Assembly: GCA_020849425.1 (NCBI GenBank)
Contig: JADLGH010000084.1
Location: forward strand, 1-61,963
Direction: 5' to 3'
DNA length: 61,963 nucleotides
DNA from: Candidatus Dadabacteria bacterium
GTDB lineage: Bacteria > Desulfobacterota_D > UBA1144 > Nemesobacterales > UBA2774
A model generated the notes under the pieces. That model worked only from the letters and a program-made list of their open reading frames with translations. It was not told the origin of the DNA and searched no databases. The stretch's first letter is position 1. Every line of letters starts with the position of its first letter. The translations under genes were made by a program, and so were the position numbers. Positions 9,231 to 19,925 of the stretch are shown piece after piece.

Positions 9231-10316
9231 TCATGAAATTAACCGCGCCGTGCCGGGTTCCGGATTGGCTCTACGGTTACGAGATTCGAAATCGAGCAGC
9301 CATTTTTTTCTGAAAAGACCGCCGCCGTACCCGGCCAATTGACCGTCGGAGCCGACCACCCTGTGACAGGGGATAACGATGGATATGCGATTCTGGCCGT
9401 TTGCCGAAGCGGCTGCCCTGACCCCTTTCGGATTGCCTATCGCCAGGGCCTGCTGTTTATAAGACCTCGTCTCTCCGTAAGGTATTTCCCGGAGAGCTTT
9501 CCAGGCCGACTGCTGAAAGTCGGTGCCGGGCGTATGCAGAGCGACCGTGAATTGCCGCCTTTTCCCCTCGAAATACTCGGCCAGCTCGGACTGAACCCGG
9601 ACCAGGTGATCGTTTTCCCCGGGCAGGATGACCGCGCAGAGTCTTTTACGCAGGTCTTTGAATTCCGTTTCAAGCATTTTTCTATCCGTAAATTCCAGGA
9701 GACATACGCCCTTTTTCGTGGCGCAGGCGAACATGGCACCGAGCGGCGTCGTAAAACGGACTATATTGATTATTGTCTTGTCCCTGCTTTCGGAGGCGGG
9801 CCCGCCGAATACAGAGCGGTAGCTGTCGTTAAAACCGCTCAGTGACTTGTACCCGTTACCGAACGCCGAATTCGTAATAGTCTCTCCCTCTTCGATCTCG
9901 TTGTATGCGCTGTTGATTCGCAGCATTCGCTGATAAGCATGGAAAGTCATATTGTGATATTTTTTGAACCATCGCCTGATCTGACTGGGCTCGATGCCCC
10001 TCTTTTGTAAATCGAAGTCCCTGATTCGGAGGTAAGGGCTTTCATTAAGCTCGGCTATGACAGATTTGATATAGGCGGGGGTTTCGTCCATATTTTCCAT
10101 GGGCTTACATATCTTGCAGGGCCTGAACCCGTGCTGAAGCGCTTCCCTGACCGTATCGAAAAAGACGACGTTTTCGGGTTTCGGCTTTCTCGCGCGGCAC
10201 GAAGGCCGACAGAAAATTCCGGTTGTTTTGACTGCCGTAATGAATACGCCTTCGAACAATTTGCTCTGTTTGCCGATGGCGTCGTACTTATCCTGAAAGG
10301 TCAGCTCGTTTTTCAT
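9231..10316 (-). CDS. ada: Bifunctional Ada: methylphosphotriester-DNA methyltransferase / AraC-type regulator / O6-methylguanine-DNA methyltransferase
   Basis: N-terminal Cys4 motif (FCRPSCRARKP...RPCKICKP), central AraC HTH, and C-terminal active site IPCHRVV. Confidence 0.9.
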   Translation of the reverse strand: MKNELTFQDKYDAIGKQSKLFEGVFITAVKTTGIFCRPSCRARKPKPENVVFFDTVREALQHGFRPCKICKPMENMDETPAYIKSVIAELNESPYLRIRDFDLQKRGIEPSQIRRWFKKYHNMTFHAYQRMLRINSAYNEIEEGETITNSAFGNGYKSLSGFNDSYRSVFGGPASESRDKTIINIVRFTTPLGAMFACATKKGVCLLEFTDRKMLETEFKDLRKRLCAVILPGENDHLVRVQSELAEYFEGKRRQFTVALHTPGTDFQQSAWKALREIPYGETRSYKQQALAIGNPKGVRAAASANGQNRISIVIPCHRVVGSDGQLAGYGGGLFRKKWLLDFESRNRRANPEPGTARLIS

Positions 10317-10395
10317 ATTATAAATATTAAACGGGGCGGCCCGGTTCAGCTACCGAAAAATCGACAAGTAAATTCCGGATGAGACGGCGTTTTTC

Positions 10396-10422
10396 CTAGG
10401 GAAGCTTGTCGCGCTCGAGCGC
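10396..10422. repeat. Right copy of the direct repeat flanking ada (lies within the last 9 codons of the DUF5996-like gene)
   Basis: See 9187-9212. On the minus strand it encodes ...ALERDKLP*. Confidence 0.8.
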
Positions 10423-11331
10423 CGTGCGGTCCCATTTGGCGAGGTCGGCGGCCGCTTCGTAGGTGCTCTGGAGGAAGTCGAGAAGGGCGGCGTCGGGGTC
10501 GTCGGACGTCCTGACATCGTCGTAGGGCAGCAGAAACTCGCCGAGGTCGTTACTGTAAAACGCTCCCCCCGGCTTTATTTTATAGTCCTTGAAGCCCTCG
10601 GGGGCCGGGTACGCGTAGGCGTAGTAAGCCGGGTAATCGATCGCTCCGCCGCCCGGCCAAAAGCCGCAGCTCGACACTTCGTGGGAATAGGCCTCGCGGG
10701 CGACGACGTCGGGCATGTGGGGAACGCCGCCCGGATGCGGCGGGGCGGTGCGGCCGGAAAAGCGCGTGACGGCGAGGTCGAAGCTCCCCCAGAAAAAGTG
10801 GACCGGGCTGCATTTTCCTATGAAACGCGCCCTGAACTCCTTGAATATGCGGTCCGACTGAACGAGCACGCGCCAGAAGCGGTTGGCATAGTCGGCGTCG
10901 TACGAGGCGTGCTGATGGTCTTCCTCGAAAGGTATGGGATCGGGGACTTCGTTCGGCGTCGTGTGAATGGCGACGTCGATGCCGACGCTCTTTAGCGAGG
11001 ACATCACCTGGCCGTAGAAATCGGCCACGGTCCGGGGACGGAGGTCGAGGAGCCGGACGTTGCCGTCGCTGGTTTCGATGACGAGCTTGTGATCGACGAA
11101 ATCGAAATCTATCTGAAAGGTTTTTAGTCCGCAGGGTATGGGAGATGTCGTGAGGCCACGGGACGTGACGTAGAGGGTGACGTGCCAGGAATGATTTACC
11201 CACGGGGTTTGAGACAGCCTGATTTTGCCGACGATCTGCGTCCACATATGAAGCGTGGCGGCGGTGTCTTGCCATTCGCCCAGGGAAAGGGACGGCCAGG
11301 GATCGATATTACCGGGATATACGGGGGTCAT
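10396..11331 (-). CDS. Conserved hypothetical protein, DUF5996-like
   Basis: 311 aa. WQDTAATLHMWTQIVGKIRLSQTPWVNHSWHVTLYVTSRGLTTSPIP matches my recollection of the DUF5996 family. G+C is visibly high. Confidence 0.7.
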   Translation of the reverse strand: MTPVYPGNIDPWPSLSLGEWQDTAATLHMWTQIVGKIRLSQTPWVNHSWHVTLYVTSRGLTTSPIPCGLKTFQIDFDFVDHKLVIETSDGNVRLLDLRPRTVADFYGQVMSSLKSVGIDVAIHTTPNEVPDPIPFEEDHQHASYDADYANRFWRVLVQSDRIFKEFRARFIGKCSPVHFFWGSFDLAVTRFSGRTAPPHPGGVPHMPDVVAREAYSHEVSSCGFWPGGGAIDYPAYYAYAYPAPEGFKDYKIKPGGAFYSNDLGEFLLPYDDVRTSDDPDAALLDFLQSTYEAAADLAKWDRTALERDKLP

Positions 11332-11441
11332 GGGCTATCTCTCCTTCGAAACTGCGTTTACCTACCCCAAATTATAGCACATATCCGAACGGCGGCGGGG
11401 GCCGGAAAAGAACTGCTCTCATTGCCGGCCGCAGGGCGCGG

Positions 11442-11891
11442 CTAATTGTCGAAAGGGCTTTTCTCTTTACCGAGGTCCCTGGTCGGAACCGTGACGATAG
11501 CGTTCCTTGCGTTCTCGAACTTGAGGAAGAGCTCTATACCGTCGATATCCGCAATTGAGGCTTTGAGACCTTCGAGCAGTATGTATGGTCCGCCGGGTTT
11601 GAGCGAAGCGCTTCCGCCGGCCGGAACGGTAAGGGAATCCGCTTTTACTACCTCGCCTTTGCCGCCGGGTTTCGGAACGTAGAGCACTACCTTGTCCGCC
11701 ATCACGCTCGATACGTGGACGAGCTTCGCATCGCTCTCGCCGGGGTTTCCTATATCGAGATAAACGGGGATGGAGCTCGACCCGGAAGGGGCCTCGCCTA
11801 TACGCATATCCGACACGTAGACCTTGTTTTGAGCATAAGAGAGTGAGGTGAGGATAAAAAGAAGGGGCAAGGCAAAAATATACTTTCTCAT
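11442..11891 (-). CDS. Secreted PCu(A)C (DUF461)-fold protein lacking the canonical Cu(I) ligands
   Basis: Signal peptide present. ...LTVPAGGSASLKPGGPYILLEGLK... aligns with the PCuAC core ...PGGxHxMLxGLK..., but the His and Met positions are replaced. Confidence 0.65.
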   Translation of the reverse strand: MRKYIFALPLLFILTSLSYAQNKVYVSDMRIGEAPSGSSSIPVYLDIGNPGESDAKLVHVSSVMADKVVLYVPKPGGKGEVVKADSLTVPAGGSASLKPGGPYILLEGLKASIADIDGIELFLKFENARNAIVTVPTRDLGKEKSPFDN

Positions 11892-11941
11892 CGAATCTCC
11901 TTGTCGCGCCGACGGCGCGGATATCTAAAATATTAGCATAA

Positions 11942-12454
11942 CTATCTGGAAGGTCCCGGGTGTTTATACGACAGCCATATAAGTATAATGCCGACAACAG
12001 GGATGATTATGTCGGACGGGAGGACGAGGCCGACGTTGCCGGGTGAGTAATTATCCGCCGCTATCATCTCGTATACGTGTCCGCCGGCCGCGCCCAGCAT
12101 AAATACCGCCGGGGGGATGAGGGCCGCGAAACGAAACGGCAGGCCGGCGCGGAAAGCGAGCACCCCCGCGATGCCCATGCCGAGGCTCGCGAAGCCGACT
12201 TCCCTTTGAAAGGGGCTGTCCGCCCAGCCGATGAACCGCGCAGTCATCTCTCCGAAGAAGACGTGAAAGACGAAATTTATCAGGTTACTTATGCCTATGG
12301 GAAGCAGCATGTACCAGGAGAGGAACGCCTCGACCCTGACGCCGGGCGTGTGGGGGCGGGGCCGCCGCGAGAGCGATATCCACCCCAAAAGAAGGCCGAT
12401 GAGGAACGTCATGAAGAAGTAGTTTCCAATGACAAAAGCTATTATGTCTCTCAT
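11942..12454 (-). CDS. Hypothetical integral membrane protein
   Basis: 170 aa with about 5 hydrophobic segments. No named family recognised. Confidence 0.65.
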   Translation of the reverse strand: MRDIIAFVIGNYFFMTFLIGLLLGWISLSRRPRPHTPGVRVEAFLSWYMLLPIGISNLINFVFHVFFGEMTARFIGWADSPFQREVGFASLGMGIAGVLAFRAGLPFRFAALIPPAVFMLGAAGGHVYEMIAADNYSPGNVGLVLPSDIIIPVVGIILIWLSYKHPGPSR

Positions 12455-12521
12455 TGCGATTGTCGTGACGGCCGAATTTATACAATTACGATGCGCGTGT
12501 GCAGGACATTCAACCGCTCGC

Positions 12522-13118
12522 TCACGGGGTTTTGCGCCATTCGAGGAGCCTGTTGTTGACGGGCATCTCGTAGTCTTTTACGAGCGTGAATCCCGCCCGC
12601 TCGGCGAGTGAGTTAACCCATTCGAAATCCTTTATGCCGCTCTCGGGGTCCCTGCCCTTGAGCCACTCGTCGAATTTTGCGTTGCTCTCGCTCGTATAGT
12701 CCCCGCCGTAGTTGAAGGGCCCGTATATGCAGAGCGCGCCGCCCCCTCTCATGACGACCTCTATGCCGTCGAAAAGACATCCGACGCGGGACTCGCTCAT
12801 GATGTGGAGGGTGTTCGCCGAAAAGACGGCGTCGGCCTTTTCGACCGGCCAGAGCGCGTCGGCGACGTTAAGGACTATGGGGTCTTTAAGATTCGGGAGC
12901 CCGGCCTCGTCCACCCATAACTTGATGCCGGGGAGATTTTCGGGGAGGTCCGTGGGCTGCCAGACGAGGTGCGGGAAACCGGCCGCGAAGAAGGCCGCGT
13001 GCTGACCCGTGCCGCTGCCGATTTCGAGGACGAAAGACGCGTCCTTGAACGCCTCTTTAAGGACGGTGAGTATCGGCTCTTTATTATTTTCGCTCGACTG
13101 GCTGTACGGCTTTTCCAC
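12522..13118 (-). CDS. DUF938-type class I SAM-dependent methyltransferase
   Basis: NKEPILTVLKEAF...VLEIGSGTGQHAAFFAAGFPHLVWQPTD is typical of DUF938. Confidence 0.85.
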   Translation of the reverse strand: MEKPYSQSSENNKEPILTVLKEAFKDASFVLEIGSGTGQHAAFFAAGFPHLVWQPTDLPENLPGIKLWVDEAGLPNLKDPIVLNVADALWPVEKADAVFSANTLHIMSESRVGCLFDGIEVVMRGGGALCIYGPFNYGGDYTSESNAKFDEWLKGRDPESGIKDFEWVNSLAERAGFTLVKDYEMPVNNRLLEWRKTP

Positions 13119-13130
13119 AATATCCCTCCC

Positions 13131-14960
13131 TTACTGGTTAAGTTTCTTTTCGCGCTTTATTTCTATCTCGCGCTTGGTGGAGCTGAGCTCGAATTTACGG
13201 AGCCTCTGGCTCGAAGGGGTTATCTCGACGAGCTCGTCCTCGGCCATGAACTCTATGGCCTGGTCGAGCGAAAGGGGCCTCGGGGGCCTGAGCACGACCG
13301 TGGTTTCGGCCGTCGAGCTCCGCATGTTGGTGAGCTTCTTTTCTTTGGTAATGTTGACGTTGAGGTCGCCGCTCCGGTTCCTTTCGCCGACTATCATGCC
13401 CTCGAAGACATCCGTCCCTACGTCTACGAAGAGCTCGCCCCTGTCGGCCATGGATAGGCAGGCGTAGGCCGTGACCTTCCCCGACCTGTCGGAAACGAGC
13501 GCGCCCGTAGACCGCTGGGGTATCGGCCCGTACCAGGGCTCGTAGCCCTCGAAGAGGGTGTTTATGACGCCCGAGCCCTTGGTGATTATCTGGAACTGGC
13601 TCCTGAACCCTATGAGGGCGCGGGAGGGGATGAGGAACTCTATATCCACCCTGCCGTTGCCGTTGTTGCGGAGGTTTTCCATGCGGCCTTTACGGGACGA
13701 GATGGCCTCGGTGACCGCGCCGACGTAGGCCTCGGGGACGTCGACGAATATGCGCTCTACGGGCTCGGTGACCTTGCCGTTTTCCTGGCGTGTGAGGACC
13801 CTCGGCTTTGACACCATGAACTCGTAGCCCTCGCGGCGCATCATTTCGATGAGGACCACCATCTGGAGCTCGCCGCGGCCGGAGACCTCGTAGGCGTCGG
13901 CCCTGTCCGTCTCCTTTACGTCTATGGCGACGTTGCCGAGCTTTTCACGGAGGAGCCTGTCGCGTATGTGCCGGGAGGTGAGGAACTTCCCCTCCTTGCC
14001 CGCGAAGGGGCCGTTGTTAACGTAGAAGATCATGGATATTGTGGGCTCGTCTACCTTTATGCGTTCGAGCGGGACCGGGTTTTCGAGGTCGGAAACGGTG
14101 TCTCCTATCTTGACCTTGTCCTCGCCGGCTATGGCCGCGATGTCGCCCGCCTCGAGTTTATCGACCTGGGTTTTCCGGAGGCCGTCGAACGTGTACAGCA
14201 CCGAGATCTTTACGGGCGTATTCGCGCCGGCCTCGCCGCAGAGGGCGTAGGAGCGGTTGGCTTCGAGGACGCCGTTCGTGAGGCGGCCTATGGCTATCCT
14301 GCCGACGTAGTTGTCGTAGTCGAGGTTCGTGATGAGGAACTGGGTTACGTCGCCGTCACCGACTTCGGGCCCGGGTATAGAGGATATTATCGTCTCGAAA
14401 AGCGGGACGAGGTTGTTCGAGGATTCGGCGAGGCTCATCTGGGCCTTGCCGGCCTTGCCGTTCGTGTACACGATGGGGAATTCTATCTGCTCCTCGTTGG
14501 CGTCGAGCTCTATGAAGAGGTCGTAGACCTCGTTTATGACCTCTTCGGGGCGCGCGTCGCTCCTGTCGATCTTGTTTATGACCAGGATTATCGGGAGCTC
14601 TTTCTGGAGCGCCTTCTTTACGACGAAGCGCGTCTGAGGAAGCGGGCCCTCGCTCGCATCCACCAGGAGCACAGCGCCGTCGACCATGTTGAGGCTGCGC
14701 TCGACCTCTCCCCCGAAATCGGCGTGCCCCGGGGTATCCACGATGTTGATCTTGATGCCTTTATAATGGACCGCGGTGTTCTTCGCCATTATCGTGATCC
14801 CGCGCTCCCTTTCGAGGTCCATCGAGTCCATGACCCTTTCCTCGACCACCTGGTGCTCGCGGAACACCCCCCCTTGCCTCAGCATGGCGTCGACGAGTGT
14901 GGTCTTCCCGTGATCGACGTGAGCGATAATCGCGATGTTACGTATGTCGTCTCTTCTCAT
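13131..14960 (-). CDS. typA: Translational GTPase TypA/BipA
   Basis: Start at ATG 14960 with SD GGAG (the ORF track extends 57 aa further upstream). [40 protein letters not shown]. Confidence 0.95.
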   Translation of the reverse strand: MRRDDIRNIAIIAHVDHGKTTLVDAMLRQGGVFREHQVVEERVMDSMDLERERGITIMAKNTAVHYKGIKINIVDTPGHADFGGEVERSLNMVDGAVLLVDASEGPLPQTRFVVKKALQKELPIILVINKIDRSDARPEEVINEVYDLFIELDANEEQIEFPIVYTNGKAGKAQMSLAESSNNLVPLFETIISSIPGPEVGDGDVTQFLITNLDYDNYVGRIAIGRLTNGVLEANRSYALCGEAGANTPVKISVLYTFDGLRKTQVDKLEAGDIAAIAGEDKVKIGDTVSDLENPVPLERIKVDEPTISMIFYVNNGPFAGKEGKFLTSRHIRDRLLREKLGNVAIDVKETDRADAYEVSGRGELQMVVLIEMMRREGYEFMVSKPRVLTRQENGKVTEPVERIFVDVPEAYVGAVTEAISSRKGRMENLRNNGNGRVDIEFLIPSRALIGFRSQFQIITKGSGVINTLFEGYEPWYGPIPQRSTGALVSDRSGKVTAYACLSMADRGELFVDVGTDVFEGMIVGERNRSGDLNVNITKEKKLTNMRSSTAETTVVLRPPRPLSLDQAIEFMAEDELVEITPSSQRLRKFELSSTKREIEIKREKKLNQ

Positions 14961-15199
14961 ATAACTCCTTTGAAATCGGATAAACCGGACGACTTGTTCC
15001 CCGGCAGACATTAAATATACACTACCGGTCAACGGGCGACAGAAGGGCCGCGCAGATTCGCGCCGCGGGGCCCGGCGGGCGGTCATGGGGGTTCGGAATA
15101 CTTTTATTTCGGAGACTTTATATTTAGCCAAAAGTCTTAAAAGATATATGGACTAAAGTCCGATTGTAAGAACAGTTTTTTTAGTATATTTTGTTAATT

Positions 15200-15619
15200 A
15201 TGAAGAATGGGGGATATACGAAAAATGAGCTCAATCTCGGGGAGATAGCCGAGGGAAAGGGGGATACGATAAGGGTACTCAGGCGCTCGACCAGGGTTCC
15301 CTATTACAAGAAACTGAGGTACGGCCTTCTGGGCAGCCGCGCCGCGAACGAGGGCGACAACCTGAAGTTCACCGGGTTTACGTTCAACCTGTCCGAGCAT
15401 GGCGTGGGGCTCGAAGGAAGCAAGGGATTCCCCCCTAATTTCAGGATCCGCGCCGCATTGTTCACGGGCGAAGATACCGTCAAATTCGAAGGAACGATAA
15501 GGTGGCTCTATCACACGCACTCGGAGAAATGGTTCATGGGAATAGAAATCACGAGCCATACCGATGAATTAAAAAAGATATACGCCCTACTCTTCAAGAC
15601 CCGGGGTGCGGGCCTCTAG
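15200..15619 (+). CDS. PilZ domain protein (putative c-di-GMP receptor)
   Basis: RRSTR (RxxxR) and NLSEHG (D/NxSxxG) motifs at the right spacing. The ATG at 15200 is preferred over the TTG at 15191. Confidence 0.75.
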   Translation: MKNGGYTKNELNLGEIAEGKGDTIRVLRRSTRVPYYKKLRYGLLGSRAANEGDNLKFTGFTFNLSEHGVGLEGSKGFPPNFRIRAALFTGEDTVKFEGTIRWLYHTHSEKWFMGIEITSHTDELKKIYALLFKTRGAGL

Positions 15620-15671
15620 ATACAGGGAAGTAACGGGGCTTTCTTTCGGGCGTCCGCCCGGACCCCCCGCT

Positions 15672-17378
15672 TTAATTCACGCTCTTGTTAATCTCTTCGA
15701 GCTTTAGTTTCAGCCCTTCTATACGCGACCGCGAGGCCGTCAGCTTCTCACGCTCCATCCTGTAGAAATTCTTGAGCGGCATCAGGGAATCCATCGCCTG
15801 AAGCCTTATGCCGTCGAAGTCCCTTTCGAGCTGGGAGCGGATCGAGGATATCATTTCTTCTATGAGGGCGTCCACCTTCTGGCTGAATTCCTTCATGGCG
15901 TCCCGGCGTTTTTTGGGGAGTATCATGAACGCCGTGGCCACGACGGCTATGGTGGCGAGGATGCCGGTTATGTCGACGAGGAGAGAGGAGAACGCCGTGA
16001 CGACTGCCGCGCCGAGGGCGAGCCCGCCCACCTGGACCCCGAGGACGGAGGCGACGGCGGCGCGCGCGGAATCGACGAGATTCCCGCCGAGCGCCCCGGG
16101 ATCTATCGCCCTTCTCTTGGTTTCGAGCTCGGAGCGGACGGTGTCGAGAAGGCGCGTCCTGTCGTACATGAAGCCCGTAGTGCCGGATGAAGATTCGGGC
16201 CTTATGGACCTGTTGTAAAAATCGACGGTGGAGTCGAGAAGGCTCCTCGCGGATTTTTCGGTCCAGACGACCATCGCGTCGAGGTCCTTTTCGAGCTCGT
16301 TCACCGTCTGGCGCGAGACTTTGTACTCGAACTCCTTCGCTATCTTCTGCTTGCTTATGAGCTTTGGGATGTTGCCGAACCGCATGAATTCGTCTATGAA
16401 TTCTATGCCGCGCGTTTTGAATTCGAGGAGCCTGCTCCTTATCCTTTCCGTGAATTGCGCCGAGTTCTGGAGCATCTCGGCTTCGAGCGATTCGAGCTTC
16501 TTTTCGAAATCGCCGAGCTTCTCGACGTCGTCGGCCATTTTTCTCATGTCCTCGTCGAGGGCCCTTTCGGCCTCTGCAGCGAGGCTGAGCGCAATGCCCG
16601 TCGTGCTCCGTATCTTCATCTTTACGCGCTCTTCTTCGCTGAGCGTGCGGAAGATGTACTCTTCGAGCTGCCCGAAGCCGCTCTTTTCGGCGAGCGCCGG
16701 GTCGCCCGAAAGCTTTGCTTCCCTTGCGAGGCGTGCGGAGACGGGGATGATGTGCGGCTTTATGCCGAAGGCCTTTTCGAGCTCGCGGGAAGTGTGCCGG
16801 AGAAGCTTTTCGAGCTCGTCGCCGTCCCTGGCTATGTCTATTTTATTAAGGAGAAAGACTATGTTCTTGAGCCATTCGTCCTTTACGAACTGGATCAGCT
16901 TCGCCTCGCTGCCCGTTACGGCGCGCTCGGCCCCGATGACGAAAAAGACTATGTCCGCCTTGGGGATAAACTCGCGCGTGATCTTTTCGTGCTGCTCTAT
17001 CGTGACGTTCGTCCCCGGCGTGTCGACTATGAAAATCCCCTTCAGCCTGTCCTGGGGGACGGAGATGTAGCGCACCCCGTTTTCGACGCTTTCGCCGCCA
17101 GTGTCGTCGTGCCGTATTATGGTGATTTCGTCCGTCGTCGGCGTTATGCCCTCGGGAAGCACGTCCTCGCCGAGGAGGGAATTTATTACCGAGGATTTAC
17201 CCGTGCTGAATTCGCCTATGAAAACGAGGGAAAAGAGGTTGTCGAGGCTTTCTTCCACGGACCGGAGCCTTTCGGTAAGCTCTTTGCCCGAGACTTCGCT
17301 TATCTCCCCGAGGAGGGATTTGAGAAGGAGCTTCTCTTCGAGGATTATTTTCGAGTATTTGTCGTCGAGTATCTGCAT
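15672..17378 (-). CDS. Dynamin family GTPase (bacterial dynamin-like protein)
   Basis: Internal ATG at 17378 (MQILDDKY...). P-loop GEFSTGKSSVINSLLG, DTPG, NKID. Long helical stalk and a C-terminal hydrophobic paddle (GGLALGAAVVTAFSSLLVDITGILATIAVVATAFMIL). Confidence 0.85.
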   Translation of the reverse strand: MQILDDKYSKIILEEKLLLKSLLGEISEVSGKELTERLRSVEESLDNLFSLVFIGEFSTGKSSVINSLLGEDVLPEGITPTTDEITIIRHDDTGGESVENGVRYISVPQDRLKGIFIVDTPGTNVTIEQHEKITREFIPKADIVFFVIGAERAVTGSEAKLIQFVKDEWLKNIVFLLNKIDIARDGDELEKLLRHTSRELEKAFGIKPHIIPVSARLAREAKLSGDPALAEKSGFGQLEEYIFRTLSEEERVKMKIRSTTGIALSLAAEAERALDEDMRKMADDVEKLGDFEKKLESLEAEMLQNSAQFTERIRSRLLEFKTRGIEFIDEFMRFGNIPKLISKQKIAKEFEYKVSRQTVNELEKDLDAMVVWTEKSARSLLDSTVDFYNRSIRPESSSGTTGFMYDRTRLLDTVRSELETKRRAIDPGALGGNLVDSARAAVASVLGVQVGGLALGAAVVTAFSSLLVDITGILATIAVVATAFMILPKKRRDAMKEFSQKVDALIEEMISSIRSQLERDFDGIRLQAMDSLMPLKNFYRMEREKLTASRSRIEGLKLKLEEINKSVN

Positions 17379-17622
17379 GTCGAAAAGTACCTCAATTATA
17401 ACCAAGAAAAGGCCGGGTGAGTATCCGCAGGGCACGGCGCCCGGAAGCGGCTGCCCGGCCGGAATAATCGTTTGGTAAACGGGGTGCCGGTATGTAAACT
17501 CAACTATAAACCGAATATACGAGCGGCCGGCGGCCGGCCGGGGGCCCGAAACAGCGGCCTTCCCGAATATCCCCGGCGCCGCGGCCGTGATCCAGGCCGC
17601 CGTTCGCATATAACCCACCCAT

Positions 17623-19725
17623 ATGACAGAGCTCAACAGACTTGCAAACGAAAAGAGTCCCTACCTGCTGCAGCATGCCGGAAACCCCGTGGACTGGTAT
17701 CCGTGGGGAGAAGAGGCGTTCGAGAAGGCGGCCAGGGAAGATAAGCCGATACTGCTTTCTATCGGGTATTCGACGTGTCACTGGTGCCACGTGATGGAGC
17801 ACGAGTCGTTCGAGGACCCGGAGGTCGCGCGGCTGATGAACGAGGCGTTCGTGTCCATAAAGGTCGACCGCGAGGAGAGGCCCGACATAGACGCCATATA
17901 CATGACGGTGTGCCAGATACTTTCGAAGGGCGGGTGCGGATGGCCCTTGAATATCGTGATGACGCCCGACAGGAAGCCCTTTTTCGCCGCTACGTACATA
18001 CCGAGGGAGGCCCGGTTCGGAAGGGCGGGCATGGTGGACCTCGTGCCGAAGATAAAAGAGATATGGGACACGCAGAGGGACGAGGTGGTAAGGTCGGCGG
18101 AGAGCATAACGGCGGCCATGAGAAAGGCGGCCGACGAGCCGGCCGGCGCCGGGGGAGCCCCGGGGATGAGCGCGCTGACGACGGGATACAACCAGCTCTT
18201 GGAAAGATTCGACGAGATAAACGGCGGGTTCGGCACGGCCCCGAAGTTCCCGACGCCTCATAACCTCGTCTTTCTTTTGAGGTACTGGAAACGGACGGGG
18301 GACGAAGAGGCGCTCCACATGGCGGAGAAGACTCTCACCGAAATGCGGCTCGGCGGTATATACGACCACGCCGGGTTCGGGTTTCACAGGTACTCGACCG
18401 ACGCCGGGTGGCTCCTGCCGCACTTCGAGAAGATGCTCTACGACCAGGCGCTACTGGTCATGGCCTACACGGAGGCGTACCTGGCGACGGGGAAGGAAGA
18501 CTACGAGAAAACTGCGAGAGAGATAATCGAGTACGTCCTCCGGGACATGACTTCGCCGGAAGGAGGGTTTTATTCGGCGGAGGATGCGGACAGCGAAGGG
18601 GTCGAGGGGAAGTTTTACGTATGGACGACGGAGGAGCTGGAAGCCGTCCTCGGGAAAGAGGACGGCGGGCTCATCGCACGGCTGTACAATGCGCTCCCCG
18701 GGGGGAACTACAGCGAGGAGGCGTCGGGCGAGAGCTCGGGCGGGAACATACTGTATTTGAGGGCGCCGCTCGACGAGCTCGCGGCGTCGTTCGGGGGGGA
18801 TGCGGGCGCGGTTTTGGAGAGGGTCGAGAGGGCACGGCGGAAGCTGTTCGAGGCCCGCGAGGGGCGCATACACCCGCACAAGGACGACAAGATACTGACG
18901 GACTGGAACGGGCTCATGATCGCGGCGCTGTCGAAGGCGGCTTCGGCGTTCGGGGAGCCCCCGTATGCAGACGCCGCGAAGAAGGCGGCGGATTTCATAC
19001 TGGCCGCTATGCGCGGCGAAGACGGGAGACTGCTCCACCGCTACAGGACGGGGGAGGCCGGCATAACCGCGCACGCGGACGATTACGCGTTTCTGATATG
19101 GGGGCTTTTAGAGCTTTACGAGGCCTCGTTCGACGCCGAATATTTGAGGACGGCGATAGCACTCCAGAAGGATATGAACGAGCACTATCTCGACGAGGAA
19201 AGGGGAGGATACTACTTCACGGCCAACGACGCCGAGGAGATGATAATAAGGCACAAGGAGGTTTACGACGGCGCTGTGCCGTCGGCGAACTCCGCCGCGC
19301 TTTTAAATCTCCTCAGGATAGGAAGGATAACCGGGGACGCGTCTTACGAAGAGACGGCGGAGAACCTGGGGAAGGCGTTTTCGGCCGCGGTCGAGCAGGC
19401 CCCGAGCGCGTACACGCAGCTTTTGTCCGGGCTCGATTTCGCCGTAGGGCCTTCGTACGAGATAGTGATCTCCGGCGAGCGCGGAGGAGAGGATACGGAG
19501 AGGATGCTGGAGGCGCTCCGCGGACTTTACGTTCCGAACAAGATAGTGCTCTTGAGGGAGCCCGGACCGGGCATCCGGGACATTGCGCCGTTTACGAAAG
19601 AGCAGGACATGATAGGCGGGAAGGCGGCGGCGTACGTGTGCATGAATTACGAATGCGAGATGCCTGTAACGGAGCCTGAGAAAATCCGCGGGCTTCTGTC
19701 GAAACAGATAATTCGCGAGCGGTGA
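17623..19725 (+). CDS. Thioredoxin-domain protein, DUF255/YyaL family (thioredoxin-like N-domain plus six-hairpin domain)
   Basis: [29 protein letters not shown]...[20 protein letters not shown] is the family hallmark. 700 aa. Confidence 0.9.
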   Translation: MTELNRLANEKSPYLLQHAGNPVDWYPWGEEAFEKAAREDKPILLSIGYSTCHWCHVMEHESFEDPEVARLMNEAFVSIKVDREERPDIDAIYMTVCQILSKGGCGWPLNIVMTPDRKPFFAATYIPREARFGRAGMVDLVPKIKEIWDTQRDEVVRSAESITAAMRKAADEPAGAGGAPGMSALTTGYNQLLERFDEINGGFGTAPKFPTPHNLVFLLRYWKRTGDEEALHMAEKTLTEMRLGGIYDHAGFGFHRYSTDAGWLLPHFEKMLYDQALLVMAYTEAYLATGKEDYEKTAREIIEYVLRDMTSPEGGFYSAEDADSEGVEGKFYVWTTEELEAVLGKEDGGLIARLYNALPGGNYSEEASGESSGGNILYLRAPLDELAASFGGDAGAVLERVERARRKLFEAREGRIHPHKDDKILTDWNGLMIAALSKAASAFGEPPYADAAKKAADFILAAMRGEDGRLLHRYRTGEAGITAHADDYAFLIWGLLELYEASFDAEYLRTAIALQKDMNEHYLDEERGGYYFTANDAEEMIIRHKEVYDGAVPSANSAALLNLLRIGRITGDASYEETAENLGKAFSAAVEQAPSAYTQLLSGLDFAVGPSYEIVISGERGGEDTERMLEALRGLYVPNKIVLLREPGPGIRDIAPFTKEQDMIGGKAAAYVCMNYECEMPVTEPEKIRGLLSKQIIRER

Positions 19726-19753
19726 TTCGAGAGATAAAACGGCCGCATTTTTC

Positions 19754-19772
19754 AAACCGCAGGCGGCGGTTT
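19754..19772 (+). terminator. Weak stem-loop after the YyaL-like gene
   Basis: aaaccgc-aggcg-gcggttt forms a 7-bp stem. Only a short T run follows. Confidence 0.3.
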
Positions 19773-19925
19773 CACCGAAAAAATGTATGTTGCTTTTCGT
19801 CGTCCGGACCTTATACTTCATCAACCTTAAAGTTTCCCCGAAGGTATGGAAACGGAGAAAAAAGTCTGTGTTATAGTATTAATTCAGATTGCCGGGCGGG
19901 AGACGACGGCGTGGAGGAAAGGCGT

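Noticed and set aside
13968-15014. 348-aa ORF antisense to typA, with similar antisense ORFs at 5932-6921, 16455-17420, 17500-18423, 24162-25019 and 52930-53640
   Set aside because: All overlap strongly supported genes on the opposite strand and lack motifs.
14961-15131. 57-aa N-terminal extension of TypA, plus analogous extensions of the dynamin (17379-17636), HtrA (37352-37480), SPOR (26154-26213) and TetR (46654-46848) ORFs
   Set aside because: Internal ATGs with good SD sites give canonical family N-termini. The SPOR extension would also overlap tRNA-Leu.
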